Source: Chiloscyllium plagiosum
Taxonomy: Eukaryota
Direction of reading: 5' to 3'
Assembly (NCBI RefSeq): GCF_004010195.1
Contig: NW_025214529.1
Location: 1 to 45,479, forward strand
DNA: 45,479 bases
Shown here: positions 24,576 to 35,514 of the stretch, piece after piece
How positions within the stretch are numbered: the first letter of the stretch is position 1
Layout of the letters: each line of letters opens with the position of its first letter
Notes under the pieces: generated by a model
Databases searched by the model: none
Told to the model about the DNA's origin: nothing
Seen by the model: the letters and a program-made list of their open reading frames with translations, nothing else
Translations under genes and position numbers: made by a program

Positions 24576-25525
24576 GGAAAAAGTTGAGATAAGATTTGAC
24601 TTATTCCAGTTTATATAGGTGTGTAAAATTAATATGAATGATATAACTGAGATTAATACTTTTGTATTTCATAATAATGGGATTAAGAATTAGAAGAAAA
24701 GAAACTAAGCCATCTTTTCATTCTGATGGTTCTTTTTTTTGCTGAAGGAGGGAGGTCTTACGAAGCCAAAAGCATGTCAGCTCACCTTAAGACAGAACGG
24801 GTTTTGTTGAATAGAAAGTACAGCACAGATGCCAGCTAAATATCAGATTGTTCCATACGTCACAGTTAGCTGTGAAATGGATACCTGAGTTTTGTTGCTG
24901 TTTTGACAACAATTCAAATACATCCAAGGCGTTTAAATAATGGTCAGGATACCAGAAGCCAACGGAATTTGAATATTATTGTTAAGACACCTGGAAAGCA
25001 ATCAAATTATGAGAATTGTTGTATCATAGGGAATATATAAACCCAGCATTTTAACACGAGAGGGAGAGCCACTGCCATCCAACAACAGAGTAACTGCTGT
25101 AGAGCAGGAGTGCTAACTGGCCATCTCAAACACTCTCATTAAAAGATACATGTTCATGTCAAACCTACTTGCAGTAAAAAAAAATGACCCAGGGAGATCA
25201 GCAGCTGGAAGAGTGAACACAGCGGGGAAGATAGAGACTGTGTGGTCTTGAGATTGTAATGTTTAATATGTGGGCTGTTGGAAGAGAATATTTTTACAGA
25301 GTCGGAGTCAGATAGTAAGTAGCTAAGCAAAAAGGAGCTTGTATTTGTGAATAATTGTTGTTTAGTGTTCAGTATTAAAGTTAAGAAACTAACTTGTTAA
25401 TTTTTGATTAAATAGTGGAATGTAGGAGATCTGTGTCACACATATTTTAACAGATTACAAGGTGAGGCGAGCTTTTCTGGGTGTTTGGTTTTAATTAACA
25501 GAGGGGTTTCGACTCCACCTTGTAA

Positions 25526-26705
25526 ATGCCCATCCACACTAACCCAATTTCCCTGCAGTTGGTCCATATCCTGCCAGTCGTTTCCTATCCACATATTTAT
25601 CCAAATGCTTTTGAAATGTTGTTAATGTACCCCCCTCAACCACATCTGCTGGCAGCTCATCCACGTACCAGCCCTCTGTGTAAAGAAGTGAACCCTCAGG
25701 TTCCCTTATATTCCTTCCCCTTTAACCTTAAATTGATCCTCTCTCGTCCTCGATTCTCTAAACCTTGGAAAAAGACTGAGAGCATTAACCCTACCATCGT
25801 GATCTTATTCAGCTCTATAAGGACTCCCTCAGTCTCCTACATGCTAAACAAAAGGTCCGAGCTTGTCCAACCTCTCCCTATAACTCAGACCATTGGGTCC
25901 TGGCAACATACTTGAAAATTTCTTCTGCACTCTTTCTAATTTAATAGCGTCCTCCCTAAAACAACGTGACAAAACTGAACTCAATACTCCAAGTGCGGCC
26001 TTACCAAAGTCCTGTGCAACTGCAACATAAATTCCCAACTTCTATACTCAATGTCCTGCCTGATGAAGGCCAATGTACCAAAAGCCTTCTTCACTGCCTT
26101 GTCTACCTGTGACTCCACTCTCAGAGAAGCGTGCACCTGAACCCCAAGGTCTCTCTGCCCACTACACCCTTGAAGATCCTCCCATTCACCATGAAACTCC
26201 TACCTTGATTTGAGTTCCCAAAATGTAAGGCATCACGCATCTATATTAAATTCCATTTGCCATTTCTCGGCCTACTTCCCCACCTGATTAAGGTCCTGCT
26301 GCAATTTCTGATAAACTTCCTCACTGACCATGTTCCCACTTACTTTAGTGTCATCTGCAAACTTACTAATCATGCCTTGTACATTCTCAACCAATTCATA
26401 GATAACAAACAGCAATGGACCCAGCCTCCAGTCTGACAAGCATTCTTCCACTAAACCCTCTGCTTTCTACCATCAAACCAACTGTATATCTAATTTGCCA
26501 GTTCCCCCAGCATTCCACATGATGTCCCCTTCCAGAGCAGCCTGCCATGTGGAACTTTATCAAAGGCCTTACTGAAATCCATAGAGACTATGTCTACCGC
26601 TCTGTCCTCATCAACCTTCCTGGTCACTTCATCAAAGAACTCTAACAAATTTGGGAAGCATGATCGCCCACTCACAAGTCTATGCTGACTGCTCCGAATC
26701 AAACT
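25526..26705 (-). mobile_element. CR1/HER1 RT 3' portion
   Basis: RSCFPNLLEFFDEVTRKVDEDRAVDIVSMDFSKAFDKVPHGRL; SKFADDTK; AIKLERVQKKFSSMLPG..LSYRERLDKLG. Confidence 0.93.
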
Positions 26706-26709
26706 AATG

Positions 26710-27250
26710 GGTGTAGTCAATGGTATGCTGTCCTTCATTTTATAATGATTCGAGTACATAAGTAAAGCCATCTTCCTGCAGTATTAGAGCCTTGCTGAGA
26801 GCATTTGGCGTAATCTCTACAGAGTTGATCTCCTTCGTAAGGAATGATCTCCTTACCATAGACACGGGTGATGGTAACATGAGGATAGAGTAAAGAAACT
26901 AAGTGTTTAACCTGTAGAGCTGTGAGAGACGAAGAAATTGTGACGCTGAAACACAAGGAGTGGCAGCGATCACTTATTTCCAAAAGAGACATTAATAGGG
27001 TGAGAAATTCCATACTTTACCCAGGATTGATTGGTTTAATTTATTGCCATATGTATCTCAGTACAGGGAAACACTTTATTTATGAGCAGTGGGGGCAGGT
27101 CATAGTAAGCATGGCCAGGCAGATCATAGGGTGGAAATAGACTTGGACAGAGTAAGGCATACAGGTTACACTGCACAAGACAAGCACGCGGCAAGATCAA
27201 CATGAGCAAGATCACAATTATTTGAACTTAGAGAGTCCATTCATCAGTCT
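26710..27250 (+). mobile_element. Degenerate CR1 3' fragments
   Basis: FEYISKAIFLQY*SLAE-like segment at ~26750 and CR1-like downstream sequence. Confidence 0.5.
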
Positions 27251-27254
27251 AACA

Positions 27255-27575
27255 TGGCTTTCCAAATAGTTTATATGCCTTTACTAACTCTCCCCACGTT
27301 ATTGTGTAGTCCGCGTGTGAACCCGTACTGAACGTCAGGTTGTTCACAATCCCCAACAGCAGGCACAATACCTTCCATCTGAAACAGGTAGCCATTCCCA
27401 CCAGCTTCCACCCTAGATAGAGAACACTAGGCTGGCTTCTCGGAGATGGAAGGTGCCTTCTTGAGACGTCACACAAGACATATGGCTTCCCTGCTCACCA
27501 CTAGAAAACCACGTTAAAGTCCCACGTGTGTATCATGAGCAAGGGAGCCAAGAGGAACAATGTAGAACAGTCTGT
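27255..27575 (+). pseudogene. Second Harbinger transposase fragment (catalytic core)
   Basis: PNSRHNTFHLKQVAIP (~PGSSHDAFILRQS.IP); GWLLGDGRCLLET (~GWLLGDKGYPL.T); KRNNVEQS (~TRN.IEQT). Confidence 0.75.
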
Positions 27576-27622
27576 CTATGCAACCTCTGCTCCACTTGTT
27601 CATCATGTTAGAGCATCAATCT

Positions 27623-27752
27623 GGAGACAGTGAGGACTGCCGATGCTGGAGATCAGAGTAGAGCGTCGATTGCTGGAAAAGCACAGCAGGTCATGCAGCA
27701 TCCGAGAAGCAGAAGAATCAACGTTTCAGGAATAAGACAGTCATCAGGAATC
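27623..27752 (-). mobile_element. Solo PLE terminal repeat with degenerate hammerhead
   Basis: GAGGACTGCCGATGCTGGAGATCAGAG...GCTGGAAAAGCACAGCAGG...CGTTTCAGG...CATCAGGAAT. Confidence 0.85.
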
Positions 27753-27785
27753 AGCATCAATTACCACATTCTGCAACCCCCCCCG

Positions 27786-28070
27786 TGTATCGTTACCAAG
27801 CTGGTTAGTTAAGTCCGCTTGAGTAAACAGCGAGGGAGGCCTTAGGCTTATTTTAATGCTGCCTGAATGGATGTGGCCAGCTCTCGCAGATTAGGATCTC
27901 TGGGTTTTGGTTTCTCAGTAGCATCAGAAACTATTGGGGTCTCAATAGAGTTGGAAGCTTCAGTGAATGTCCCCTGGCTGCTACTCTCACTGAATTTTCT
28001 CTTGATGCTGTCACATTGCATCTGGAACAGACACTTTAATGTTTTCTTATTTTAAAGGGAATGTAGAGTA
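27786..28070 (+). mobile_element. Solo LTR fragment related to the 2142-4452 LTRs
   Basis: Shares TGGCCAGCTC, GGGGTC.CA..AG.GTTGGAAG and GCTGCTACTC with 2290-2440. Confidence 0.7.
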
Positions 28071-28259
28071 TAGGCTATTGCCTTCAAATATTTTCGAGGG
28101 GCTCTGGTGTGGCCCATCACACTAGACCCCTTCTCTTCCTGAGTAATAGGCTGAAGGCACTGAATGGGCTGTCCCTGTTCTTCTCCAATAATATCAATCG
28201 GCTGAATGGCTTCCTCATATTCCTGTGAAACCAGCGTGAGATGCTGAATGAACTCTTGT

Positions 28260-28720
28260 TTTATTGTGGCAATGTGCAGTGTTAGGCAGTCCTGTTACAT
28301 GAATGTTACAGACACTTTAACAGCACAAGCCTCAATGGAGTCTGGATCCTGCTACACATGGACACAGACCAGTTCAGGAGCTGACGGGGGACAAAATGTT
28401 CTGAACATTGTGGAATCTTCAATGACCATCTCCACTTCTGATCTTATGGTGGGGAGAGTGGGGGCGGGGAGACACTGATGAAGCAGCTGAAACTGTTTGT
28501 GAAGAGGAAACTACTCTGAGGATCTCGCACAGAAGTGATCCAGGACTGAGAAGATGAACATCTTCCGTTGTGACATGTTTGACTCCAAACACTGGAGAGT
28601 TTACTCTGATTCCCAATAAGTCCAGTTTTGTTAAGCTCCTTGATGTCAACAAAAGCCAACCACTGCCTTGATATTGGGGCCAGTCATTTTTACCTGAACC
28701 CTTGTGTCAACCTCTTTTGT
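28260..28720 (-). mobile_element. RT fragment of the 12540-14716 LINE family
   Basis: Reverse of the ...AVV.FVDIK...TKL...GIR region and of the 14420-14520 segment. Confidence 0.6.
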
Positions 28721-29042
28721 TCCTCACAATAAACCATGATATAGGAGCAGTAAGGGTTTTCTTCAAACAGGTGGGATTTAATGTCAGGATTTCTGTTCTC
28801 AAAAGTGTTTGGGGAGCGAGATGACTGAAAGTATTTGAAGAGGAGATAGATGGATATTGACCTGTCAGAGAGGTGTGGGCTATGAAGAATTGGGCATTAA
28901 AGAGGTTTTCAGACCGAGAGCAGATCAGTCATGATCTTAGTGAAGGACAAGGAGAAAGTGAGGTCTGCAGATGCTGGAGATCAAAGTTGAAACTTTGTTG
29001 CTGGAACAGCACAGCAGGTCAGGCAGCATCCAGGGAACAGGA

Positions 29043-29080
29043 GATTCGACGTTTCGGGCAGAGGCCCTTCCTCAGGAATC
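29043..29080 (-). ncRNA. Minimal type I hammerhead ribozyme motif
   Basis: GAUUC-CUGAGGA-A-GGGC-CUCU-GCCC-GAAA-CGUC-GAAUC: complete core, 4-bp helix II, perfect 5-bp helix I, palindromic ACGU helix III. Activity not shown. Confidence 0.8.
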
Positions 29081-29113
29081 CTGAGGAAGGGCCTGTGCCC
29101 GAAACGTCGAATC
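29076..29113 (+). ncRNA. Minimal type I hammerhead ribozyme motif
   Basis: GAAUC-CUGAGGA-A-GGGC-CUGU-GCCC-GAAA-CGUC-GAAUC: complete core; helix I has one A-A mismatch. Confidence 0.72.
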
Positions 29114-29234
29114 TCCTGTTCCCTGGATGCTGCCTGACCTGCTGTGCTGTTCCAGCAACAAAGTTTCAACTTAGTGAAGGACAAGGCAGGCTTGGGGAGT
29201 GAACGACCTGCCCCTGTTTCTGATGTTCTCACAT

Positions 29235-29510
29235 TTTTTATTGGAAAGTTAGTGGGTGTTATTTTCATGAATGTTCTGTTGATGCATATTGCAGTCAGGG
29301 AGGCCAGAGGATTCTGTGAGCCATCTCTGGGTGAGGTATGGGGGCTGTATTCTCAGTGAATTTGGGTCTAAACATGACCAACAAATGAAGCACAAGTTGC
29401 AGATAGGGGAAGCTCTGTAAAGAGAGATGAAGGGCATCTTCCATACCCGTGCCTGGGTTTTTCAAATACATTTCACAAATCACCTCAAAGCGTGTGTGAC
29501 AGCCTTGAGG
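29235..29510 (+). mobile_element. Harbinger 5' fragment paralogous to 4485-4790
   Basis: Shared TTATTG.AAAGTTAGTG, TGGGTCT..AACATGA.CAACAA.TG.AGCA.A.GTTGCAGA.AGGGGAAGCT and GGGTTTT.CA. Confidence 0.7.
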
Positions 29511-30905
29511 GACTGAATGGTCTCCTCTGTTTCTGTGCACCAGTTTATAGCAGTAAGTAGCATCCAACTGCTCCTGTCTAGCAGGTTTGATGGGCTGAAT
29601 AGAACACAGAAACATGGGACTGAGGAGCAGGAGTGGGTCATTAGACACATTGAACCTTCTCCACCAGGCACTAAGATTGTGACTGATCAGGTTGTGGTCT
29701 CAGCCCCACTTCCCTGTCTATATCCCATTATGCATGATTCACTTCTCTCTCAAATACTTAATTAATGCAGCTTTCAATCAATGTGAACATAGAGGCACGA
29801 TAAACTTCCAGTGAAGAGAATTCACACTTGAAAGGTCCTTTCAGGATTATTCGTCATCCCTCTTATAGAATCAGAGAGTCATGCAGAACAGAAACAGACC
29901 CGTTAGTCCAATCTGTTCACTCTGATCAGATATCAAATCTGATCCAGTCCCATTTCCCAGCATTTGGCCAATATCCCTCCTCTTTCAGACACTTTTTAAA
30001 TGTGCGATTGTAACCGCCTTCAGCACTTCCTCTGACAGCACTTTCCGTACAAACACCACTCTCTCTGTGTAACATTTATCTTCAGGTCCCTTCTAAATCA
30101 TTCGCCCTCTCCCCTCCAACCTATGCCCTCTTGTTCTAGTCTCCCCTACCCTGGGGAGCAGAACGTGGCTGTACAGAATATCCATGCCACTGCTGGTTTT
30201 ATAAACCTCTATAATGTCACCCCTCAGCCTCTGACACACCAGGACAAAGCACCTGAACCTAATCAACCTCTCCCTAAAGCTCAAACTACAAGACCTGGAA
30301 CATCTGTGTGTAAGACATTTCTGCAGAAAACCGAGTTGTACGCAGTATTCTTAAAGTGGCCTCCACAGATGCAACATGCCACCACAATCCCTATACTCAA
30401 AGCTCTGACGGATTAAGGGAAATGTGCCAAATGTGTTCTGTCCCACATTGTCTACCTGCGACTCCACTTTCAAGGAACAATGTACCTGCAGCCTATGTCC
30501 CTTTGTTTCAGAATGCGTCCTAGGGCCTTGCCATGAGTTTATAATTTCTGCCCTGGTTTGCATTCACAAAATGCAAAACCTCGTATTTATCTAAATTAAA
30601 CTTCATCTGTCACTCCTTGCCCCTTTGTCCCATCAAATTGTGGTCTCGTTATACTCTGAGGTAATCTACTACACCACCTTTCTGATGTAATCTGTAAACT
30701 TACTAACTATGGCCCCAATATTAACATCTAAATCCTTTACATAAATGATGAAATGCAGTGAACTTAGTCCTGATTCTTACAGCACACTGCTGCTCACAAG
30801 CCTCCAATCTGAAAAATATCCCTCTTCCTTCAAGCCAATTTTGACTAGCTTCTCCTGTATCCCATGTGACTGAAACTTACTAATCTGTCTACCAATCAGA
30901 ATGAA

Positions 30906-31464
30906 ATTCTCGCTATGAGGAGAGGCTGAGTAGGTTAGGTTTACTTTCACTAGAAAAAAGGACATTGAGGGGGGACCTGATTGAGGTTTGCAAAATCATG
31001 AAGGGTATAGACAGGGTGGACAGAATTGAAAAATGGAGTGCTGGAAAAACACAGCAGGCCAGGCAGCGTCCGAGGAGCAGGAGAATCGACGTTTCGGGCA
31101 TAAGCCCTTCTTCAGGAATCAGTGTGGGTAGAGACAAGCTTTTTCCCAGGTAGAAGGATTCAATAACGAGAGGTCGTGCTTTCAAAGTGAGAGGTGGAAT
31201 GTTTAAGGAGGATACACGCGCTAAGTACTTCACACAGAGGGTGGTGGGCATTTGGACCGCGTTGCTAGCAGAGGTTGTAGAGTCAGGCACGGTAGATTCA
31301 TTAAAGATGCGTCTGGACAGATGCATGAGTAGGTGGGGAGCAGATGGATACAGATACGTAGGAATTGGGAGACAGGTTTAGACAGTACATTTAGATTGGC
31401 TCAGGCTTGGAGGGCTGAAGGGTCTGTTTCTGGGCCGTAGATTTTCTTTGCTTTTTGTTCTATA
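30906..31464 (+). mobile_element. 5'-truncated CR1 nested in the minus-strand CR1
   Basis: FSL EKRTLRGDLIEVCKIMKGIDRV...TRGRAFKVRGGMFKEDTRAKYFTQRVVGIWTAL; (TTTGTTC)-like tail; possible TSD AATGAA at 30900-30905 and 31465-31470. Confidence 0.9.
31024..31120 (-). mobile_element. Solo PLE terminal repeat with intact hammerhead core (31088-31115)
   Basis: Minus strand: GAUUC-CUGAAGA-A-GGGC-UUAU-GCCC-GAAA-CGUC-GAUUC. Confidence 0.88.
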
Positions 31465-32166
31465 AATGAACACCTTGGTGAAGTCCATACAGACAATGTC
31501 CACCAAATTGTCTTCATCAATCTTCTTTGTTATGTCTTCAAAAAACTCAACCAAATTAATGAGACATGATTTCCCATGCAGAAAGCCACGTTGTCTACCC
31601 CGATCAGCCCTTGTCTTCCCAAATGTATGTAAATGATATCCCTCAGAATCCCCTCCAACAACTTACCCACCACTGACATCAGGCTCAGCGGTCTATAGTT
31701 CCCCGGCTTTTTGGGGTCACAGTTTCGTTTTCTCGTCCCACTCCTCCACTGCTCACAATAAATGTTAAATGTAACCAGGTTGGTGAGATGGCCGATGATA
31801 TCGGTCTCAGACTGGGTCAGGATCAGTTTTTGGAAAACGTCAGGCTAGTTTCTTTAATCTGCTCAAATAGCACGTTTATGATCCACAGCAATGTTACTCA
31901 AACTATGATGGAAAGATGAATGGCAAACTGGGTATTGCAAGCATATAATCAATATTTCCCTTTCTAAAAACACTGACACACATACACACACACACACTTT
32001 TAACTTGAAAGAACGCTGTCAGATATTATTGGAACTCATGTCAAAAGGGAAAATCCCACAGCTGCTAGCAATGGGATTCCATCCTGGGACAGTTGGATTT
32101 GCCTCTATTCCCTTTGCTTTAGGCAGTGAGGAGATTCCAGTGAATTCTGGTCAGGGATCACCAAAG

Positions 32167-32412
32167 GGTAGCACGGTGGTTAGCACTGCTGCCTCACAGC
32201 ACCAGGGACTTTGGGTCAATTTCAGTCTTGGGTGACTGTCTGTGTGGAGTTTACACATTCTCCACTTTTCTGTATGAGCTTCTAATGGGTGATCCAGTTT
32301 CCTACCACAAACTGTGTAGGTTCGGTGTTCAGGGATTTCTAGGTTAGGTGAATTAGTCAGGATTAAATATAGGGAAATAGGTTGGGCCGAAGGGCCTGTT
32401 TCAACACTGCAG
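32167..32412 (+). mobile_element. Diverged HE1-like V-SINE
   Basis: GGTTAGCACTGCTGCCTCACAGC head, V-domain, tail GGGCCGAAGGGCCTGTTTCAACACTG; internal deletions. Confidence 0.88.
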
Positions 32413-32859
32413 GGATTCCATAAAAATAAGAATGGTAACGATGACTGTAGAGGTTTTATTTTTAGCTCGCACATATTGCTGTGATGAGGAACACTGAAGG
32501 AGAGAGAGTGCAATAGGCCATTCCTTCTCGGGCAGATGACATTTTCTCCCTCTCTGAGTTGAATCACACAGTAATGTCATCCTCTCCCGAACTGGGCCAT
32601 GTGAGGTCTCCTTGTACATTGTCCAAACTATGTCTCCATCACATTCCCTGTTCCATGTAGGTGCATCATTGCTGCTGTCATACGCAGAGCCATAGCCTTA
32701 GCAGAAAATGGTCTCGTTTGATTTGAAATATGTTTACATGGCCCTGCGTCATTATAAAGTAAAATGTTTAATTTATTCAGAATATCTGTGTTAAAATGAA
32801 TGCATTTTTTAAAGAAATACAGAAATTGCTGGAAAAGCTCAGCAGGTCTGTCAGCATCC

Positions 32860-33080
32860 AGATGCCTTTACATGCTGTAGTTGTACTAGCCTCTACCACT
32901 TCCTGTGCTCATTCCATACGCACAACACCCTCTGCGTGAAAAGGTTCCTCTTAGGCCTCTTCAAAACTTTTCCTCTCTCACTTTCAACCAATCCTCTATA
33001 GTTCTTGACACCCCTAACCTGGGGAAAAACCCTGACTACTCACCCTATCCATAACCGTTTGGATTTTATAAACCTTTACT
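32860..33080 (-). mobile_element. CR1 3' fragment, preceded by a ~50-bp PLE terminal-repeat scrap (32815-32860)
   Basis: Minus VYKIQTVMDRVSSQGFSP...FTQRVL; GCTGGAAAAGCTCAGCAGGTCTGTCAGCATC. Confidence 0.75.
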
Positions 33081-33563
33081 GCTGCAAAATGTAACCCCAA
33101 TCAACACAAATGGCTGTACTTTCAGTCATCCTGGGCCTAAATTCTGAAATGCAATACCGACACCTCTTCCTTCTCCATCAAGTCACAATTCTAAATCCAT
33201 TTTAATCAGTTTGTTCAGATGTATCATGAGACACTTCTGTGGGATTTGCACCCAGATCTTTGTGCCTGGAGGTAGGGACACGAGCATCACTCAGCAATAC
33301 CCATAAAGCTGTAACAGTATTCTCCTGTGTGTTTGTTCATCAGCCTGTTCTAACATGGTGTGACATACCTCTGCAATAGGCAGGACTTGAATCCAGGCCT
33401 TCTACTCCAGAGCTAGGAACACTACCACACAAGTTCACGGATTGGAATCAAATCCAGAGCACTGACTGAGAGGCAGGGACACAACCCACTACACTACCAT
33501 ACCCAGATTTTGGGACATATTTTAGTGCCCACTTTCAGCTCGGTGTGGATTTATTATAATCAG

Positions 33564-34988
33564 AGCTGAAAAATGTGTTGCTGGAAAAGCACAGCAGGTC
33601 AGGCAGCATCCAAGGAGTAGGAGAATCAACGTTTCGGACATAAGCCCTTCTTCAGGAGTGAGGCTGGTGTGCCAAGCAGGCTAAGACAAAAGGTAGGGAG
33701 GAGGGATTTGGGGGAGGGGCGTTGTGAATGTGATAGGTGGAAGGAGGTTAAGGTGAGGGTGAGAGGGCAGAGAGGGTGTGGGGGTGGAGATGTCGGGAAG
33801 AAGATTGCAGGTCAAGAAGGTGGTGCTGAATCTGAGGGTTGGGACTGAGATAAGGTGGGTGGAGGGGAAAAGAGGAAGCTGGAGAAATCCGCATTCATCC
33901 CTTGTGTTTGGAGGGTTCCCAGGCGGAAGATGAGGTGCTCTTCCTCCAGGCGTNNNNNNNNNNNNNNNNNNNNNNNNNNNNNNNNNNNNNNNNNNNNNNN
34001 NNNNNNNNNNNNNNNNNNNNNNNNNNNNNNNNNNNNNNNNNNNNNGGGGGGCGGGAGTGGGGGTGGGGGTGGTGGGGGGGGTGGACCTGACGAGGAAGTG
34101 GCGGATGGAGTGGTTTTTCCGGAACGCTGATAGTGGAGGGGAGGGAATTATATCCCTGGTGGTGGGGTCTTTTAGGAGGTGGCGGACATGACGAAGGATG
34201 ACGCGATGTATCCGGAGGTTGGTAGGGTGGTAAGTGAGGACCAATGGGGTTCTGTTCTGGTGGTGACTGGAGGGGCGGTGTTCAAGGGCAGAGGAGCGGA
34301 AGTGGAGGAGATGCGATGGAGGGCATCGTCAACCACGGCTGAGGGGAAGTTGCGGTCTTTGAAGAAGGAGGCCATCTGGGTTGTTCGGTATTGGAATTGG
34401 TCCTCCTGGGAGCAGTTGCAGTCCAGGCGAAGGAATTGGGAATATTGGGTGGCATTTTTACAGGGGCCAGGGTGGGAGTAGGTGGAATCTAGGTAGCTGT
34501 GGGAGTCGGTTGGTTTATAGAAAATGTCCGTGTTGAGTCGGTCGCCCGAGATAGAAATGGAGAGGTCTGGGAAGGGGAGGGAGGATTCTGAGATGGTCCA
34601 GGTGAATTTGAGGTGGAAGATGTTAGTCAAGTGGATGAACTGTTCAACCGCCTCGTGGGAGCACAAGGTAGCGCCGATACAGTCATAGATGTAGCGGAGG
34701 AAAAGGTGTGGTGTGGTGCCAGTGTAGCTGCGATAGGCCACAGTGTCCGGCCTATCACCCTCACCTTGACCTCGTTCCACCTATCACATTCCCAATGCCC
34801 CTCCCCCAAGTCCCTCCTCCCTACCTTTTATCTTAGCCTGCTTGCCACACCCTCCTCATTCCTGAAGGAGGGCTTATGACCGAAACGTCGATTCTCCTGC
34901 TCCTTGGATGCTACCTGACCTGCTGCGCTTTTCCAGCAACACATTTTTCAGCTCTGATCTCCAGCATCTGCAATCCTCACTTTCTCCA
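33564..34988 (-). mobile_element. 5'-truncated Penelope-like element (RT C-terminus, linker, GIY-YIG end) with inverted terminal repeats
   Basis: LFLRYIYDCIG (decayed RYIDD), LKFTWTISESSLPFPDL, FYKPTDSHSYLD..SHP..CKNA..YSQFLRL, LVLTYHP, RLEEEHLIFRLGTL..GMNADFSSF. ~210-bp inverted ends; 15-bp TSD ATTTATTATAATCAG at 33549-33563 and 34989-35003. Hammerhead cores at 33628-33655 (-) and 34862-34889 (+, mutated). Confidence 0.95.
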
Positions 34989-35514
34989 ATTTATTATAAT
35001 CAGGTTACCATTACTGAATTACAAAAAAACACTTTGTATTGTTAAACAAATGCAAGATATTTGTCTCAACTGAAGGATATTGAGTGTATGTGCTATACTA
35101 TCGAAATTAACTATGAACACCTTTAATTGCTATTATCTGTTGTCTGCAAGTTAGGGAAAGAAATCCTGCAGACACACTCTGCCCAATGAAGGGTCTCAAA
35201 TGGTTATTTATTACTGATCACCAGAGACGAAGAAGAGGTTAATTTCTGGCCCCAAAGCACCGAGCAGTATTACCCACCTCAAACGTGCGACTGCCCACTT
35301 CCTAAAGCCATGAAATGATACCAGGCCAGTGATAACTGTCCAGCCTCTCCTCCTCACTGACTGTGTCTGCAATCCGTCCCTCCTCCCCGAAACCACACAA
35401 TGCTACTCAAGCTCAGGGTCTTTATGAAACTCAAGGACGGAGTGTGCAGGCTTCCTGGAGAGGGATGGGCATTTTAAAATTGAAGTGGGGGAAGTGAGGA
35501 GGTGGTAATATCAC

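Larger units (their letters stand above)
19400..25525 (+). mobile_element. Decayed Gmr1-like Gypsy LTR retrotransposon (gag-PR-IN-RT-RH) with three nested insertions
   Basis: The 5' LTR remnant 19400-19530 matches the 3' LTR end 25400-25525 (TTAACAGATTAC.AG.TGAGG.GAGCTTTT.TGGGT; TTTTAATTAACAGA). Degenerate PBS TGGGGCCC ~19534. PPT GAAGGAGGGAGG 24744-24755. 3' LTR ~24756-25525. Confidence 0.92.
28953..29169. mobile_element. Palindromic PLE-derived mini-element (two terminal repeats fused in inverted orientation)
   Basis: 17-bp TSD CTTAGTGAAGGACAAGG at 28936-28952 and 29170-29186. Arms 28984-29077 and 29079-29172 are reverse complements with one mismatch. Confidence 0.95.
28750..29230 (+). mobile_element. 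CR1 3' end hosting the palindromic PLE insertion
   Basis: FFKQ.VG...FEEEIDGY-type ORF2 end. The 3' UTR (GATCAGTCATGATCTTAGTGAA...GGCTTGGGGAGTGAACGACCTGCCCCTG) is split by the insertion. Confidence 0.8.
29600..31720 (-). mobile_element. CR1/HER1 3' fragments (minus strand) hosting a nested plus-strand CR1
   Basis: MSFRERLIRF...LRGDIIEVYK; LQVHCSLKVESQVD; DWRLVSSSVL; resumes at ~31465 with IDEDNLVDIVCMDFTKV. Confidence 0.88.

Noticed and set aside
28873..29268. Overlapping antisense ORFs encoding near-identical peptides
   Set aside because: A direct consequence of the palindrome, with no evidence of coding.
32430..32760. Unassigned segment with SSNDA on the minus strand, a possible fourth Harbinger piece
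   Set aside because: Only one weak motif and no collinear support.
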